A DNA stretch of 64,000 nt from a virus: positions 1 to 64,000 of the IMG/VR virus record IMGVR_UViG_3300032293_001631, one strand, 5' to 3'. The first letter of the stretch is position 1. Every line of letters begins with the position of its first letter. The notes below the pieces were generated by a model. That model saw only the letters and a list, made by a program, of their open reading frames with translations, was not told the DNA's origin and searched no databases. This document shows positions 1 to 8,987 of this stretch, piece after piece. A program made the translations under genes and the position numbers.

Positions 1-157
1 CATCTTCTTCCTCTTCTTCATCCTCATCCTCGTCTTCTTCCTCTTCGTCTTCTATGTCCATGTCATCATCTTCTTCCTCTTCGTCCCCATCTTCTTCCTC
101 TTCTTCATCCTCATCCTCGTCTTCTTCCTCTTCGTCTTCTATGTCCATGTCATCATC
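1..157. repeat. Exact 70-bp direct repeat (1-70 = 88-157, period 87 bp = 29 codons) in the acidic tract
   Basis: Direct comparison of the two copies; the period is a multiple of 3, so the frame is preserved. Confidence 0.9.
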
Positions 158-337
158 GTCCATGTCCATGTCATCGTCCATGTCATCATCTTCTTCCTCG
201 ATGTCCATGTCTTCTTCGTCAGTTTCTTCTTCTTCCTCCTCCTCTATTTCCATATCACTCCAGAATTCATTACTCTCTGGTAATTCTTGTGGGTTTTTGA
301 AGCTAAATTCTTCGAAAGATAATATTTTTTTGTTCAT
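1..337 (-). CDS. Extremely acidic (Asp/Glu/Met-rich) protein, 3' end runs off the window; possible internal head/scaffold-like protein
   Basis: Manually translated from ATG at 337-335: MNKKILSFEEFSFKNPQELPESNEFWSDMEIEEEEEEETDEEDMDIEEEDDDMDDDMDMDDDD... with no stop before base 1. Co-oriented with 353..604 and 610..1347. The + strand poly-Ser ORF 54..413 is its antisense shadow. Confidence 0.85.
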   Translation of the reverse strand, partial: MNKKILSFEEFSFKNPQELPESNEFWSDMEIEEEEEEETDEEDMDIEEEDDDMDDDMDMDDDDMDIEDEEEEDEDEDEEEEEDGDEEEEDDDMDIEDEEEEDEDEDEEEEED

Positions 338-352
338 ATCTTTTGTTTTTTA

Positions 353-604
353 TTATTCTGTTATACCTATAGAAGCAGCACTTCCTGACTCGGTAGCGCC
401 ATATCCTGGATAGTCTATTTTAGATGTTTTATTAAAAACTGCGTCTTTATAACCAACATAGTCATAAGCAGATTCGGGAGAGATTTTATGTAATCCCGTT
501 CTATCCTCTTTGCTTAAGTTATCTGGATTCCATGGATCACTAACGACTTTCATAAAATCTTTATAACTTAGAATTTCTCTTTTCTTTACGTTTTTCTGAT
601 TCAT
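353..604 (-). CDS. Hypothetical protein (83 aa), N-terminal ILSYKDF motif
   Basis: ORF tightly packed between co-oriented genes (5-15 nt gaps). Confidence 0.75.
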   Translation of the reverse strand: MNQKNVKKREILSYKDFMKVVSDPWNPDNLSKEDRTGLHKISPESAYDYVGYKDAVFNKTSKIDYPGYGATESGSAASIGITE

Positions 605-609
605 CTTTT

Positions 610-1347
610 TTACTTATTGAATTGCAGAACGCTGGATAATCCAGATTTCATTGCTTTTGTAAATACGTCAGGATTTTTTTCACCTGCAGCTTCAATCTGT
701 CCTTGTATTTTTTCTTTATCTGCAGTAGTAACATTAGGTCCAGATAAAACATCGCCTAGTTTAAATCCGCATATTTTATCAGAAATCATTTTCTCTATGT
801 TATTCATAAATGCAGTATTATTAACTGCATTTGTTAATGCCTCTCTTAATCCTGCTGCAATAGTTCCACCCATTCCTGTGTTAGTATCTATAGACATTCC
901 TAATCTAGGCAATAAATATTCTATTCCTCTTTCTTGTAATGTTTCAGATAAACCTTCTATTATAGCAGTTGCCCAATTTTTACAAGAGCCTTTTCCGAAA
1001 TAACTTCCTAAATCAGTAAATTTAACAGATTCGATAACGTTTCTTATTACTTGATAAAAGAAAGTTGGTTGGCCGTTTTCATCAAATGGACTTATACCTA
1101 ATTTCTGTGCAGCCCAATCTATTATATAATCCTTAAAGGTATCTGTAAAACCTCCTCCTAAAGAACTAAAAAATGATGTAAATATATTTTCGTTTATCTC
1201 ATTCTCTGTTAAACCTTCAGATTGCATACGAAGATATTCATTTTCCAGCATAGCCATTTCTCTGCTATATTGGGTGATATCGTATCTTCTGTTTCTATTT
1301 GCTGTCTTAGATTCAGATATAAACTTAGAATAACTTCTGATTACCAT
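610..1347 (-). CDS. Hypothetical protein (245 aa), putative internal virion protein
   Basis: Long ORF; N-terminus MVIRSYSKFISE resembles the T4 IP capsid-targeting sequence MKTYQEFIAE; GATATATA motif upstream. Confidence 0.8.
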   Translation of the reverse strand: MVIRSYSKFISESKTANRNRRYDITQYSREMAMLENEYLRMQSEGLTENEINENIFTSFFSSLGGGFTDTFKDYIIDWAAQKLGISPFDENGQPTFFYQVIRNVIESVKFTDLGSYFGKGSCKNWATAIIEGLSETLQERGIEYLLPRLGMSIDTNTGMGGTIAAGLREALTNAVNNTAFMNNIEKMISDKICGFKLGDVLSGPNVTTADKEKIQGQIEAAGEKNPDVFTKAMKSGLSSVLQFNK

Positions 1348-1366
1348 TTGGTTTTTACTTTTATAG

Positions 1367-1374
1367 TATATATC
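1367..1374 (-). promoter_or_regulatory. GATATATA putative late promoter element for 610..1347
   Basis: TATATATC on + strand, 19 nt upstream of the minus-strand ATG; the motif recurs before many structural genes. Confidence 0.55.
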
Positions 1375-1393
1375 ATTTTATCCCAAGGAATCT

Positions 1394-1401
1394 GATATAT
1401 A
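1394..1401 (+). promoter_or_regulatory. GATATATA putative late promoter element for 1409..1813
   Basis: Exact motif 7 nt upstream of ATG; divergent partner of the 1367-1374 copy. Confidence 0.55.
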
Positions 1402-1408
1402 TGTAGAA

Positions 1409-1813
1409 ATGCCCAGAATTTTAAAAATAGACAATTTTGAAAAAGTTGCTAAACCTAAATATGGATTAGGTTCAGATGGTACCTGCTATATGGTTAAGGA
1501 AACTTTTTATCTAGAAATAGCAGAAACATACGTTGTTGATGAAATAGGTGATCCTAATATTTTAAAAACCAAATGGGCAAAAATTAAAACATTAGAGGGT
1601 GATATGATCAGTATCTCCAATTCAATGGCATTCATTGAATTAAAAGGATTTACTGGATTTGTTGAATGCAGGCCAGAAAATAAAACAAAAGAAGGCGAGC
1701 CAAATTTTGATGCTTTACCACCAGAATATTTGGAAAAGATAGGAAAGGGGTTAATTGGAAGTAATCCAATGACATTCGAAGAAAGAAGAAAAGCAGTTAT
1801 AGCTAGGATATGA
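1409..1813 (+). CDS. Hypothetical protein (134 aa)
   Basis: ORF with ATGA overlap to the next gene. Confidence 0.75.
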   Translation: MPRILKIDNFEKVAKPKYGLGSDGTCYMVKETFYLEIAETYVVDEIGDPNILKTKWAKIKTLEGDMISISNSMAFIELKGFTGFVECRPENKTKEGEPNFDALPPEYLEKIGKGLIGSNPMTFEERRKAVIARI

Positions 1814-2367
1814 GAAGACTATTTAATTTTAACGAATTTGTAAACGAGAGCAGTGCAGCTGGCAATATGGATAGCACTTATCATATTCCGTTTAAGTATT
1901 CATCTAACGATCCTAAGGAAGGATATAACAGCAAAAGCTTTGTTGATGATCTTAAATCTGTTTTTGTAGAAAAACCTGAACTTAAAAAAGAAATAACAAC
2001 TTTTATATCTACCACTATGAGAATCTCTAATATAGACGATCTCTCTACCAGACCATTTTCTGAGATAATTAAGATAATACCTGAAATAGAAAGAATTATA
2101 GAAGCAGGCGAATATGAGCCAGAGCTTAAGATGCCAGGAGGAGCAATACTATTTATAAGAAACAAGATCCTTAAAAACGGAAGGGGAGCAGACTTTTATA
2201 TGAATAGCCACGGAACTAAAATAGAAGTCGTTACTGAAGATGTAGAGGGAAATGAAAAAGTAATGGTCTTTAGAACAGAAGAGTTTCCTTTTGAAAGGTT
2301 CGATTTTACCGATGAAGAAAAACAGGAAACGGAAGACTTGGTAAAAGAAAAGAGATCTAACTCTTAA
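1810..2367 (+). CDS. Hypothetical protein (185 aa), putative internal virion protein
   Basis: N-terminus MRRLFNFNEFVNES resembles a capsid-targeting/prohead-protease-cleaved leader. Confidence 0.8.
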   Translation: MRRLFNFNEFVNESSAAGNMDSTYHIPFKYSSNDPKEGYNSKSFVDDLKSVFVEKPELKKEITTFISTTMRISNIDDLSTRPFSEIIKIIPEIERIIEAGEYEPELKMPGGAILFIRNKILKNGRGADFYMNSHGTKIEVVTEDVEGNEKVMVFRTEEFPFERFDFTDEEKQETEDLVKEKRSNS

Positions 2368-3076
2368 ATCTGTTCATTATTAAATCTATTGATTTCTCCT
2401 TAGATAGATCAGTTCCAGATTCCATATCAATGTCTCTTGATACTTCTGAAAATAAAATACAGTCATATTGATCTGAGAAATCTCTTATATTACTTTTTAG
2501 GAATCTCTTTATTTTATTTATATCCTTAGTGGATTCGCACAGAGGATCCAGAAGTTCAGTCATCAACAAAGCTACATTATCCTTATGTGATATTTTCACT
2601 ATGGAAAAAAACCATGTAAATATGCGCATAGTCTTTACTCCCTTTTTTCTAATAACTAAAAATCCCTGATCCCATAGATTATATTTAGAGCAGTGGCTCT
2701 CTATTGATACTAGTGAATTGTATTTTTCATAAAACTCCGTGTTTTCTTCAAGGAATTTATCAATAGTGGACAAAGAATTTTTTGCTATCTCCTCTATCTC
2801 TCCTATTAGATCAAGATTTTTATCAAGTAAATTATAAAAATTATCCCTCTCATCTTCTGTCATTTTAGCCAAGGTCTTTTGACTAAATTCAGTTTTCTTC
2901 ACAAAACTCTCCAGATCTCTTCTAACTGAAAGTATGTTTCTAAAATATCTCTCAAATCCAGGCTTATTAAAATTATCTTTAGTTTTTACTAAATAAGCCA
3001 TAAGCATATAATACTTATGTTCTAGATCGATAGGATCTTCTAAAAACCAATATGGCTTAGCTTCTATCATAGACAC
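2357..3076 (-). CDS. Conserved hypothetical protein (239 aa; alternative ATG start at 3070)
   Basis: Long ORF. The N-terminal WFLEDPIDLEHKYYMLMAYL recalls, from memory only, an uncharacterised Bacteroidota family (W..EG.IDFE.KKY.LLAYL). Confidence 0.75.
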   Translation of the reverse strand: MSMIEAKPYWFLEDPIDLEHKYYMLMAYLVKTKDNFNKPGFERYFRNILSVRRDLESFVKKTEFSQKTLAKMTEDERDNFYNLLDKNLDLIGEIEEIAKNSLSTIDKFLEENTEFYEKYNSLVSIESHCSKYNLWDQGFLVIRKKGVKTMRIFTWFFSIVKISHKDNVALLMTELLDPLCESTKDINKIKRFLKSNIRDFSDQYDCILFSEVSRDIDMESGTDLSKEKSIDLIMNRFKS

Positions 3077-3144
3077 GTTTCTATATTATTATATATAGAA
3101 AAACACCATAAATTATTCAGAATAAAAAATATTTTTTAAAACAT

Positions 3145-3172
3145 GAAACTATCCTGCGCACGAGGACTAAAA
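3145..3172 (+). promoter_or_regulatory. Putative second-class promoter GAAACT-N17-TAAAA upstream of the glycan operon
   Basis: Same bipartite motif and spacing at 16947-16974 and 31595-31622. Confidence 0.4.
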
Positions 3173-3221
3173 TTTTTACGAAGTAAATCCCCGGCTATGA
3201 ATACTATCTTATCTTAATCCT

Positions 3222-3845
3222 ATGAGCCCCCAGTTTTTAGTTATCGCATATTACACAGAAAACACTTCATATGAAGCACTCGCTGGCAATCTTAAAAGAT
3301 CTTTACAAAACTTTGGATTGGCTCATCATATTGAAGCAATAAAAGATCTTGGTTCTTGGGAAAAGAACACACACTACAAGGCATATTTTATAAAAGAAAT
3401 TCTAGATCATAGAAATCAGGATGTACTTTACGTAGACGTTGATGCTCAATTTAAAGCATATCCAGATCTTATTCAAAATCTAGATTGTGATATAGCGTAC
3501 AGAACACAAGACTTTAGATGGCGAGCTGATGAAGCTTTATCAGGTACTCTCTTTTTAAGAAATAACGAAAGGGTAAAGAGGTTCATGGATCGATGGATTC
3601 AACTTAACGAAGCTACTCCAGCAGAAAGAATGAAGCCAGAAACATGGGAGCAAAAGAATATGCAGAGAGCACAAAGAGAAATGAGCGATCTTGTTTACTA
3701 CAATCTCCCTCCTGAATATACATTTATTTATGATCACATGAAAATGATGTATCCTAGTACATCGCCAGTAATAGAGCATTATCAGGAGTCGAGAAACGTT
3801 CATAAAAAAATGAATCAAAATTCTAATTTTAGACTAAGAAGATAG
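3222..3845 (+). CDS. Putative nucleotide-diphospho-sugar transferase (GT-A fold)
   Basis: DxD motif after a hydrophobic strand (DVLYVDVDA); W.KNT..K motif; IEHYQ near the C-terminus; first gene of the glycan operon. Confidence 0.7.
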   Translation: MSPQFLVIAYYTENTSYEALAGNLKRSLQNFGLAHHIEAIKDLGSWEKNTHYKAYFIKEILDHRNQDVLYVDVDAQFKAYPDLIQNLDCDIAYRTQDFRWRADEALSGTLFLRNNERVKRFMDRWIQLNEATPAERMKPETWEQKNMQRAQREMSDLVYYNLPPEYTFIYDHMKMMYPSTSPVIEHYQESRNVHKKMNQNSNFRLRR

Positions 3846-3846
3846 T

Positions 3847-4578
3847 ATGAAATTAAAATATTCGGTAGTGAGCTCAGACTCTAATCCAGAGTATCTGGAT
3901 TTTTGGCCATATGTTGCAAAGGCATGGGAAAGAATAGGTATATCGCCAGTTCTTCTCTATATCGATAATAATCCACCTCCTGATTGGGTTTACGAACACG
4001 GTAGGGTTATCTATTTGGAATCTATAAAAGAATGGACAATTGTACAACAAGCCCAATGTATAAGATTTTGGGCTTCTCGGATATTAGATAAGCCTTTTAT
4101 TATATCGGATATGGATATGCTACCTATTTCTAAAGAATACTATGAAAACGGAGCAGAACAGATCGGAGACAAGGGTATCGTTTCTTACTCTTCGGATATT
4201 ATTAAATATAGATGGTACAGGACTAACCCTCAGTACCCTATGTGTTACCTAGCTGGCGATCCGCAGAGCTTTGTTGATTTGTTAAACATAATTGAGCTGG
4301 ATCACAAAATATTCCTTAGAAGATTAATGCACATGAGCATGAGAGCGGGTACAGATCAGAAGTTTTTTTATAACCAGACTCTTAGAAATAAGACCGTTGT
4401 AATAAAGCATTTAGAGAGGGGATGGATAGAAGAAAAATATGCCACGGGAAGACTGGATAAGGTTATATGGCCAAATTCTGATTATAATGTCACTGAATAT
4501 ATAGACTGTCATCTTCCTAGACCTCTTTCAGCTAATAGGAATATGTGCGAAACATTATTTGCTAAATTAGATTTATGA
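3847..4578 (+). CDS. Putative glycosyltransferase (GT-A-like)
   Basis: FIISDMDMLP DxD motif, GTDQ and DCHLPRP motifs; operon context. Confidence 0.6.
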   Translation: MKLKYSVVSSDSNPEYLDFWPYVAKAWERIGISPVLLYIDNNPPPDWVYEHGRVIYLESIKEWTIVQQAQCIRFWASRILDKPFIISDMDMLPISKEYYENGAEQIGDKGIVSYSSDIIKYRWYRTNPQYPMCYLAGDPQSFVDLLNIIELDHKIFLRRLMHMSMRAGTDQKFFYNQTLRNKTVVIKHLERGWIEEKYATGRLDKVIWPNSDYNVTEYIDCHLPRPLSANRNMCETLFAKLDL

Positions 4579-5219
4579 ATACTGGAAATCCAATTTTTAT
4601 AACATACTATACAGGGAATTCTTATTACTCAGAATGTGCCAAATCAATTAAGAGTACTTGCGATTTATTGGGTATAAATATAATAATAGATAAATTAGAG
4701 GACACTGGTTTTTATTGGAAAAATACTCTAATTAAACCATCATACATACTAGAAAAAATAAAATCATTAAAGAGCGATGTTATTTGGATAGATGTTGATA
4801 CTAAGATATTTAAATATCATGATTGTTTTAAAAAATGGGACTCTGATATTACAGTAGCTAGCCACACAGGTGATCTACAAGGAATAAAAGCATCTCCAAT
4901 AGGTATAAAGTATAATGATAGAGCATTGAAATTACTAGAATCTTGGGAGTCAGTGTGTAAGCATAAAATTTCCTGTAACGATGTCGATCTGGACCATGAT
5001 ATATTAAAATATGAGATACTTCCAGATATGTCTGATAAAATTAGCATGAGTATTATGTCAAACGATAATAACTATATAGATTTCACAAACGGAAGCATAA
5101 TAGACAATGGGATATCCCGTGTTGCAAATAAGGGTAGAGAAATGAAAATAGTAATAGATAAGAACTCTATGAGAGATGGGAGGTTTAAATCCATGGATAT
5201 TAAAAATTTTAGTATATGA
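4575..5219 (+). CDS. Putative glycosyltransferase, paralog of 3222..3845
   Basis: ITYYT...WKNTLIKPSYI...DVIWIDVD; LDHD motif. Confidence 0.7.
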   Translation: MNTGNPIFITYYTGNSYYSECAKSIKSTCDLLGINIIIDKLEDTGFYWKNTLIKPSYILEKIKSLKSDVIWIDVDTKIFKYHDCFKKWDSDITVASHTGDLQGIKASPIGIKYNDRALKLLESWESVCKHKISCNDVDLDHDILKYEILPDMSDKISMSIMSNDNNYIDFTNGSIIDNGISRVANKGREMKIVIDKNSMRDGRFKSMDIKNFSI

Positions 5220-6112
5220 AAAAAATTACTAAAGAAAGGGGTAGGAGATTAATAAATAGATATGGTGTTACTAGAGGAGTAACACAAATTATTAATCCTG
5301 TAATTAATCCAGAGGAGACTAAGAATGAAAGCGACAATGAAAATTCTAAAGAATATATCAATGGTAACGGAATAAATGATAATGAAATAAAAAAGGTGGA
5401 TATGAGTATATTTAACCCTATAGAAGAAGCAAATAAAAGGGAAGAAATACAAAAATGGGAGAAGATAACCGATAAGGATGTTATTTTCATTTCTTTTTTT
5501 TCTGATCCTCCTGGAAGTACTTTTTATTCAGACAGAGCTCAGTTTTTAATATCTTCTTTAGAAAAACTTGGGTATGATTATTGTGTTACTCATTTTAAAA
5601 ACGATAGAAATTATTACCAAAATTGTTGTTTTAAGCCCTCTTATATTCGTAGCAAAATAAATGAATTTGATAAGAACGTAGTATGGATAGACGGTGATAC
5701 ATTTCTTAAAAGGAATATGGACTATTTTACAGATGGAAGTAAGGATTTTGATATTGGTTTAGTTACCTATAATAATGATATATCAGGGATTATAGCTTCG
5801 CCTATATTTTTTAAAAATACTTCACTCTCTAGAGAGATGATAGAAAAATGGGATATGCACTGTACTTATAGAGTAGAGAATGGATTATGTGAATTAGATC
5901 ACGATGCTCTAAAGCATAAGATTCTTCCAGAGATGAGACAAAGAATAAGGATAAAGCTTAATTGGGATGAATCAAACAATTTACATAACGGTTCTATATT
6001 AAATAACGTAAACTCTGAAGTTCCACACAAAAGAGAAATATTAGCTGAGATGGTTAATGTAAATAGACACAGACCTTTTATATACGAAGGAAAAGATTTT
6101 ATAATTATATGA
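5216..6112 (+). CDS. Putative glycosyltransferase, paralog with ~85-aa N-terminal extension
   Basis: KPSYI...NVVWIDGD...GIIASPI...LDHD shared with 4575..5219. Confidence 0.7.
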   Translation: MKKITKERGRRLINRYGVTRGVTQIINPVINPEETKNESDNENSKEYINGNGINDNEIKKVDMSIFNPIEEANKREEIQKWEKITDKDVIFISFFSDPPGSTFYSDRAQFLISSLEKLGYDYCVTHFKNDRNYYQNCCFKPSYIRSKINEFDKNVVWIDGDTFLKRNMDYFTDGSKDFDIGLVTYNNDISGIIASPIFFKNTSLSREMIEKWDMHCTYRVENGLCELDHDALKHKILPEMRQRIRIKLNWDESNNLHNGSILNNVNSEVPHKREILAEMVNVNRHRPFIYEGKDFIII

Positions 6113-6951
6113 ATAAGATAAGAACAAATTGGGCACCTTTTCCTTTGGAATATTCATCGTGCTCTAAATTTAAACCTAGATATTTTGAGTGGTCTAATAG
6201 TGAGGGACAAAAAACATTATGGATTGATAATCAAATAATGAGATATCAAGGATCTAGTGAGAATAACTTCGGGTGGTTTTGTGAATCCAGTGAGATACTT
6301 CCAGATCTAAAGATATACCTAAAAAAAAATCTAGGTTTATTAAAGACAAGATTTAAAAACATATTTACGTGCGATGAAGAAATAATATCATGGGATCCTA
6401 GGTTTTTTATTTTTAATCCTCCAGGATCTAATTTACCTTGGACTCCCCACCACGATTATAGGATACCTAGTAAGAGTAAAATATGCTCAATGATATGTAG
6501 TCCTAAGGATATGACTTCTGGTCACAAATTAAGACTGGACGTATCTTCCAGATTAGCAGGTAAGATAGATTTATTTGGCGGATCACATGGAAGTAATAGG
6601 ATAGGTGAAGGGGAAGGTCCAAATAGGGATTGGTGGAGATCTAAAGAGAGCGCATTAGCACCTTATATGTTTTCTGTTGTTTTTGAAAATGCTAATTATC
6701 CTAAATATTACACAGAAAAGATAACCGATTGTTTTGCATTGGGAGTTATCCCGATATACTGGGGAACTGATCTTATATCCGAAGATTTTAATTCTGAGGG
6801 GATAATAAAATGGACCCCAGATTTTAACCCAGATTCACTGACAGAGGATCTCTATAATTCAAAAATGTCTGCGATACTGGATAATTTGGAGAGAGTAAAA
6901 AAATTAGATTTTTCTGATGATGTTTTATATAAAAATATAATTAATTTATGA
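6109..6951 (+). CDS. GT10-family (alpha-1,3/1,4-fucosyltransferase-like) glycosyltransferase
   Basis: YMFSVVFENANYPKYYTEKITDCFALGVIPIYWG matches the GT10 alpha-3 motif (YKF...FEN....Y.TEK.......P.Y.G). Confidence 0.8.
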   Translation: MNKIRTNWAPFPLEYSSCSKFKPRYFEWSNSEGQKTLWIDNQIMRYQGSSENNFGWFCESSEILPDLKIYLKKNLGLLKTRFKNIFTCDEEIISWDPRFFIFNPPGSNLPWTPHHDYRIPSKSKICSMICSPKDMTSGHKLRLDVSSRLAGKIDLFGGSHGSNRIGEGEGPNRDWWRSKESALAPYMFSVVFENANYPKYYTEKITDCFALGVIPIYWGTDLISEDFNSEGIIKWTPDFNPDSLTEDLYNSKMSAILDNLERVKKLDFSDDVLYKNIINL

Positions 6952-7580
6952 GATTAGGAAAAATATTAATAACTCCCTATTATAGAACTGAAGACTATAG
7001 GAGAAATTACGAAATCGATAACGTTCTATTTAGAAATATAAATTCGAATATTTTCGAAAAGATAATACTTTTCTGTGATAATAACTACAGACCTGAATTG
7101 AAGGACGATAGGCTGGAGTTTATTGACACAGACAGGAGAGCTACGTATTTGGATTTTTTTAATAAAGGGAATGAGTATCCGGGTAAGATAATAGTTATTT
7201 CTAATAGTGATATCTTTTTCGACAACACCATTAATTTATCATATAAATCTATAAAAGGGCGGAAGAGAGTTCTTGCGTTGACTAGATATGAATATAGATA
7301 TAATGAATACGGTGAGCCATTCTATGAAATGTTAATGGGATGTGATAGTCAAGACTCTTGGGTTTATTTTTCCCCTATAAACATGAAAGATATGGATATA
7401 GATTTTGGATTGGGTATTCCTGGGTGTGATAATAGAATCGCATATGAATTGTCCAAGAACCATTTAGTAAAAAACCCCAGCTTTAGTATAAAAACTTATC
7501 ATTTTCACGATAGCAATACAAGGAATTATAATCCCGATGATAGATTAGAGGGGGATTATTTACAGGTACATATGGAATAA
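6948..7580 (+). CDS. Putative glycosyltransferase-like protein
   Basis: IVISNSDIFFD strand-DxD-like motif; SQDSW and GIPGCDNRIA motifs; operon context. Confidence 0.55.
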   Translation: MRLGKILITPYYRTEDYRRNYEIDNVLFRNINSNIFEKIILFCDNNYRPELKDDRLEFIDTDRRATYLDFFNKGNEYPGKIIVISNSDIFFDNTINLSYKSIKGRKRVLALTRYEYRYNEYGEPFYEMLMGCDSQDSWVYFSPINMKDMDIDFGLGIPGCDNRIAYELSKNHLVKNPSFSIKTYHFHDSNTRNYNPDDRLEGDYLQVHME

Positions 7581-7584
7581 AAAA

Positions 7585-8256
7585 ATGAATAACTTAAAAT
7601 TGGATCTTAAAAGAATAACCCTGATATGTATAGACGGAAGGGTAATAGACGAAGAAAAATTGGAAAGATATAGGCTTATTGTAGATTATATGGTTAAGCG
7701 TGTTGATTTTCATAGGATTATTTTTGTCGCAATGTCAAATCCTAATATTGAAGGAGTGGATTTTATAAAAACAGATAGAATGTCTATAAACGATTATTCA
7801 TCTTTTTGTGTAAAAAGGCTCAATGATCACATAGACAGTGATTTTTGTATGATATTTCAAGACGATGGATTCATATTAAATCCTGAACTATGGGAAGATT
7901 CGTTTTTAGATTACGATTATATAGGTGCTCCGTGGCCTTTTACTTTAGGATGGCCGGTAGAAGGTAGACAAGTTGGTAACGGGGGATTCTCTCTAAGAAG
8001 TAAAAAGTTTTTACAAATATCTTCTGAATTACCAGATACAAGAGAAAACGAGGACACATATATTCTATGCGCAAACAGGGATTATTTAGATAGTAACAAT
8101 ATAAGAATAGCACCTTTAGATATCGCTAGAAAATTTGCGGTAGAAGTTCCCTTAGACGATGAGCATAACATCAATAATTGTTTTGGATACCACGCAAAAC
8201 ATTTAGTCAATCAAGCAATAGAATATATAAAACAAAAAAATATCTCAGAGGAATGA
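7585..8256 (+). CDS. DUF5672-like GT-A protein
   Basis: MIFQDDGF...FLDYDYIGAPW...VGNGGFSLRS...EDTY...FGYH signature. Confidence 0.75.
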   Translation: MNNLKLDLKRITLICIDGRVIDEEKLERYRLIVDYMVKRVDFHRIIFVAMSNPNIEGVDFIKTDRMSINDYSSFCVKRLNDHIDSDFCMIFQDDGFILNPELWEDSFLDYDYIGAPWPFTLGWPVEGRQVGNGGFSLRSKKFLQISSELPDTRENEDTYILCANRDYLDSNNIRIAPLDIARKFAVEVPLDDEHNINNCFGYHAKHLVNQAIEYIKQKNISEE

Positions 8257-8987
8257 TTAAAACTATAGCATACTACCCAGTTCATTATGGGGCTGAATAC
8301 ATTGCAGCTTCTATAAAATCAATAGAGCCTTTTGTCGATAAGATAATAATACTCTATACAAAAGATCCAAGTTACGGTTTTGGGACTTCTATGCAATGTC
8401 CAGAAAGCGAAGAAGAAATAAAAAATGAAGCATTTTCTGTTAGTGACAAGATAGAATGGGTTAATCTTAATGGATCTAGAAATGAATCGGATCACAGAGG
8501 AAACATCATGAGATACACTAGTGGATACGATGTTTTATTAGCAATGGATACAGACGAGGTTTGGAATCAGGAAAGCTTGGAAAGGTGTATAAATGAAACA
8601 TACAACGGAACATCATGGAGAAGAAATGTTTTAGGGTTTGTTAATTTCTGGAGATCGTTTGATTGGGCTTGTTATGATGGATTTCAACCCGCTAGATTAT
8701 TTAAAATAAATGCTGGAAATACTATAGAGGAACCTATAAATGGAACAATATACCACTTCGGATACGCACAATCCGATAAAATAATGAATTATAAATTCGA
8801 AATCCATGGTCACAAAAATGAATTAAAACCTGGATGGTTGCAGAATACTTATTATACATGGGAGCCTGGTAAAAAAGATTTACATCCAGTTTGTGATGTT
8901 TGGGGTGAGGCTGTACCGTTTGATAAAAACACATTACCAGGTTATTTAAAAGAACACCTTAATTTTAATAAATCTATAATATCATGA
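8253..8987 (+). CDS. GT2-like glycosyltransferase (start revised from 8178 to ATG 8253)
   Basis: SIKSIEPFVDKIII...LLAMDTDEVW...IYHFGY; ATG 8253 gives an ATGA overlap with the upstream stop. Confidence 0.7.
   Translation: MIKTIAYYPVHYGAEYIAASIKSIEPFVDKIIILYTKDPSYGFGTSMQCPESEEEIKNEAFSVSDKIEWVNLNGSRNESDHRGNIMRYTSGYDVLLAMDTDEVWNQESLERCINETYNGTSWRRNVLGFVNFWRSFDWACYDGFQPARLFKINAGNTIEEPINGTIYHFGYAQSDKIMNYKFEIHGHKNELKPGWLQNTYYTWEPGKKDLHPVCDVWGEAVPFDKNTLPGYLKEHLNFNKSIIS

Noticed and set aside
1-260. CRISPR array or satellite in the tc-rich repeats
   Set aside because: These are triplet-periodic coding repeats with no unique spacers.
54-413. Poly-Ser ORF on the + strand
   Set aside because: It is the antisense shadow of the GAA/GAT/GAC-rich acidic gene on the minus strand, which has a proper start and operon context.
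3078-3101. Inverted repeat TTTCTATAT-N6-ATATAGAAA as a terminator
   Set aside because: It is AT-only apart from one pair, has no U-tract, and lies between divergent genes. It more likely just reflects the TATATATA element.
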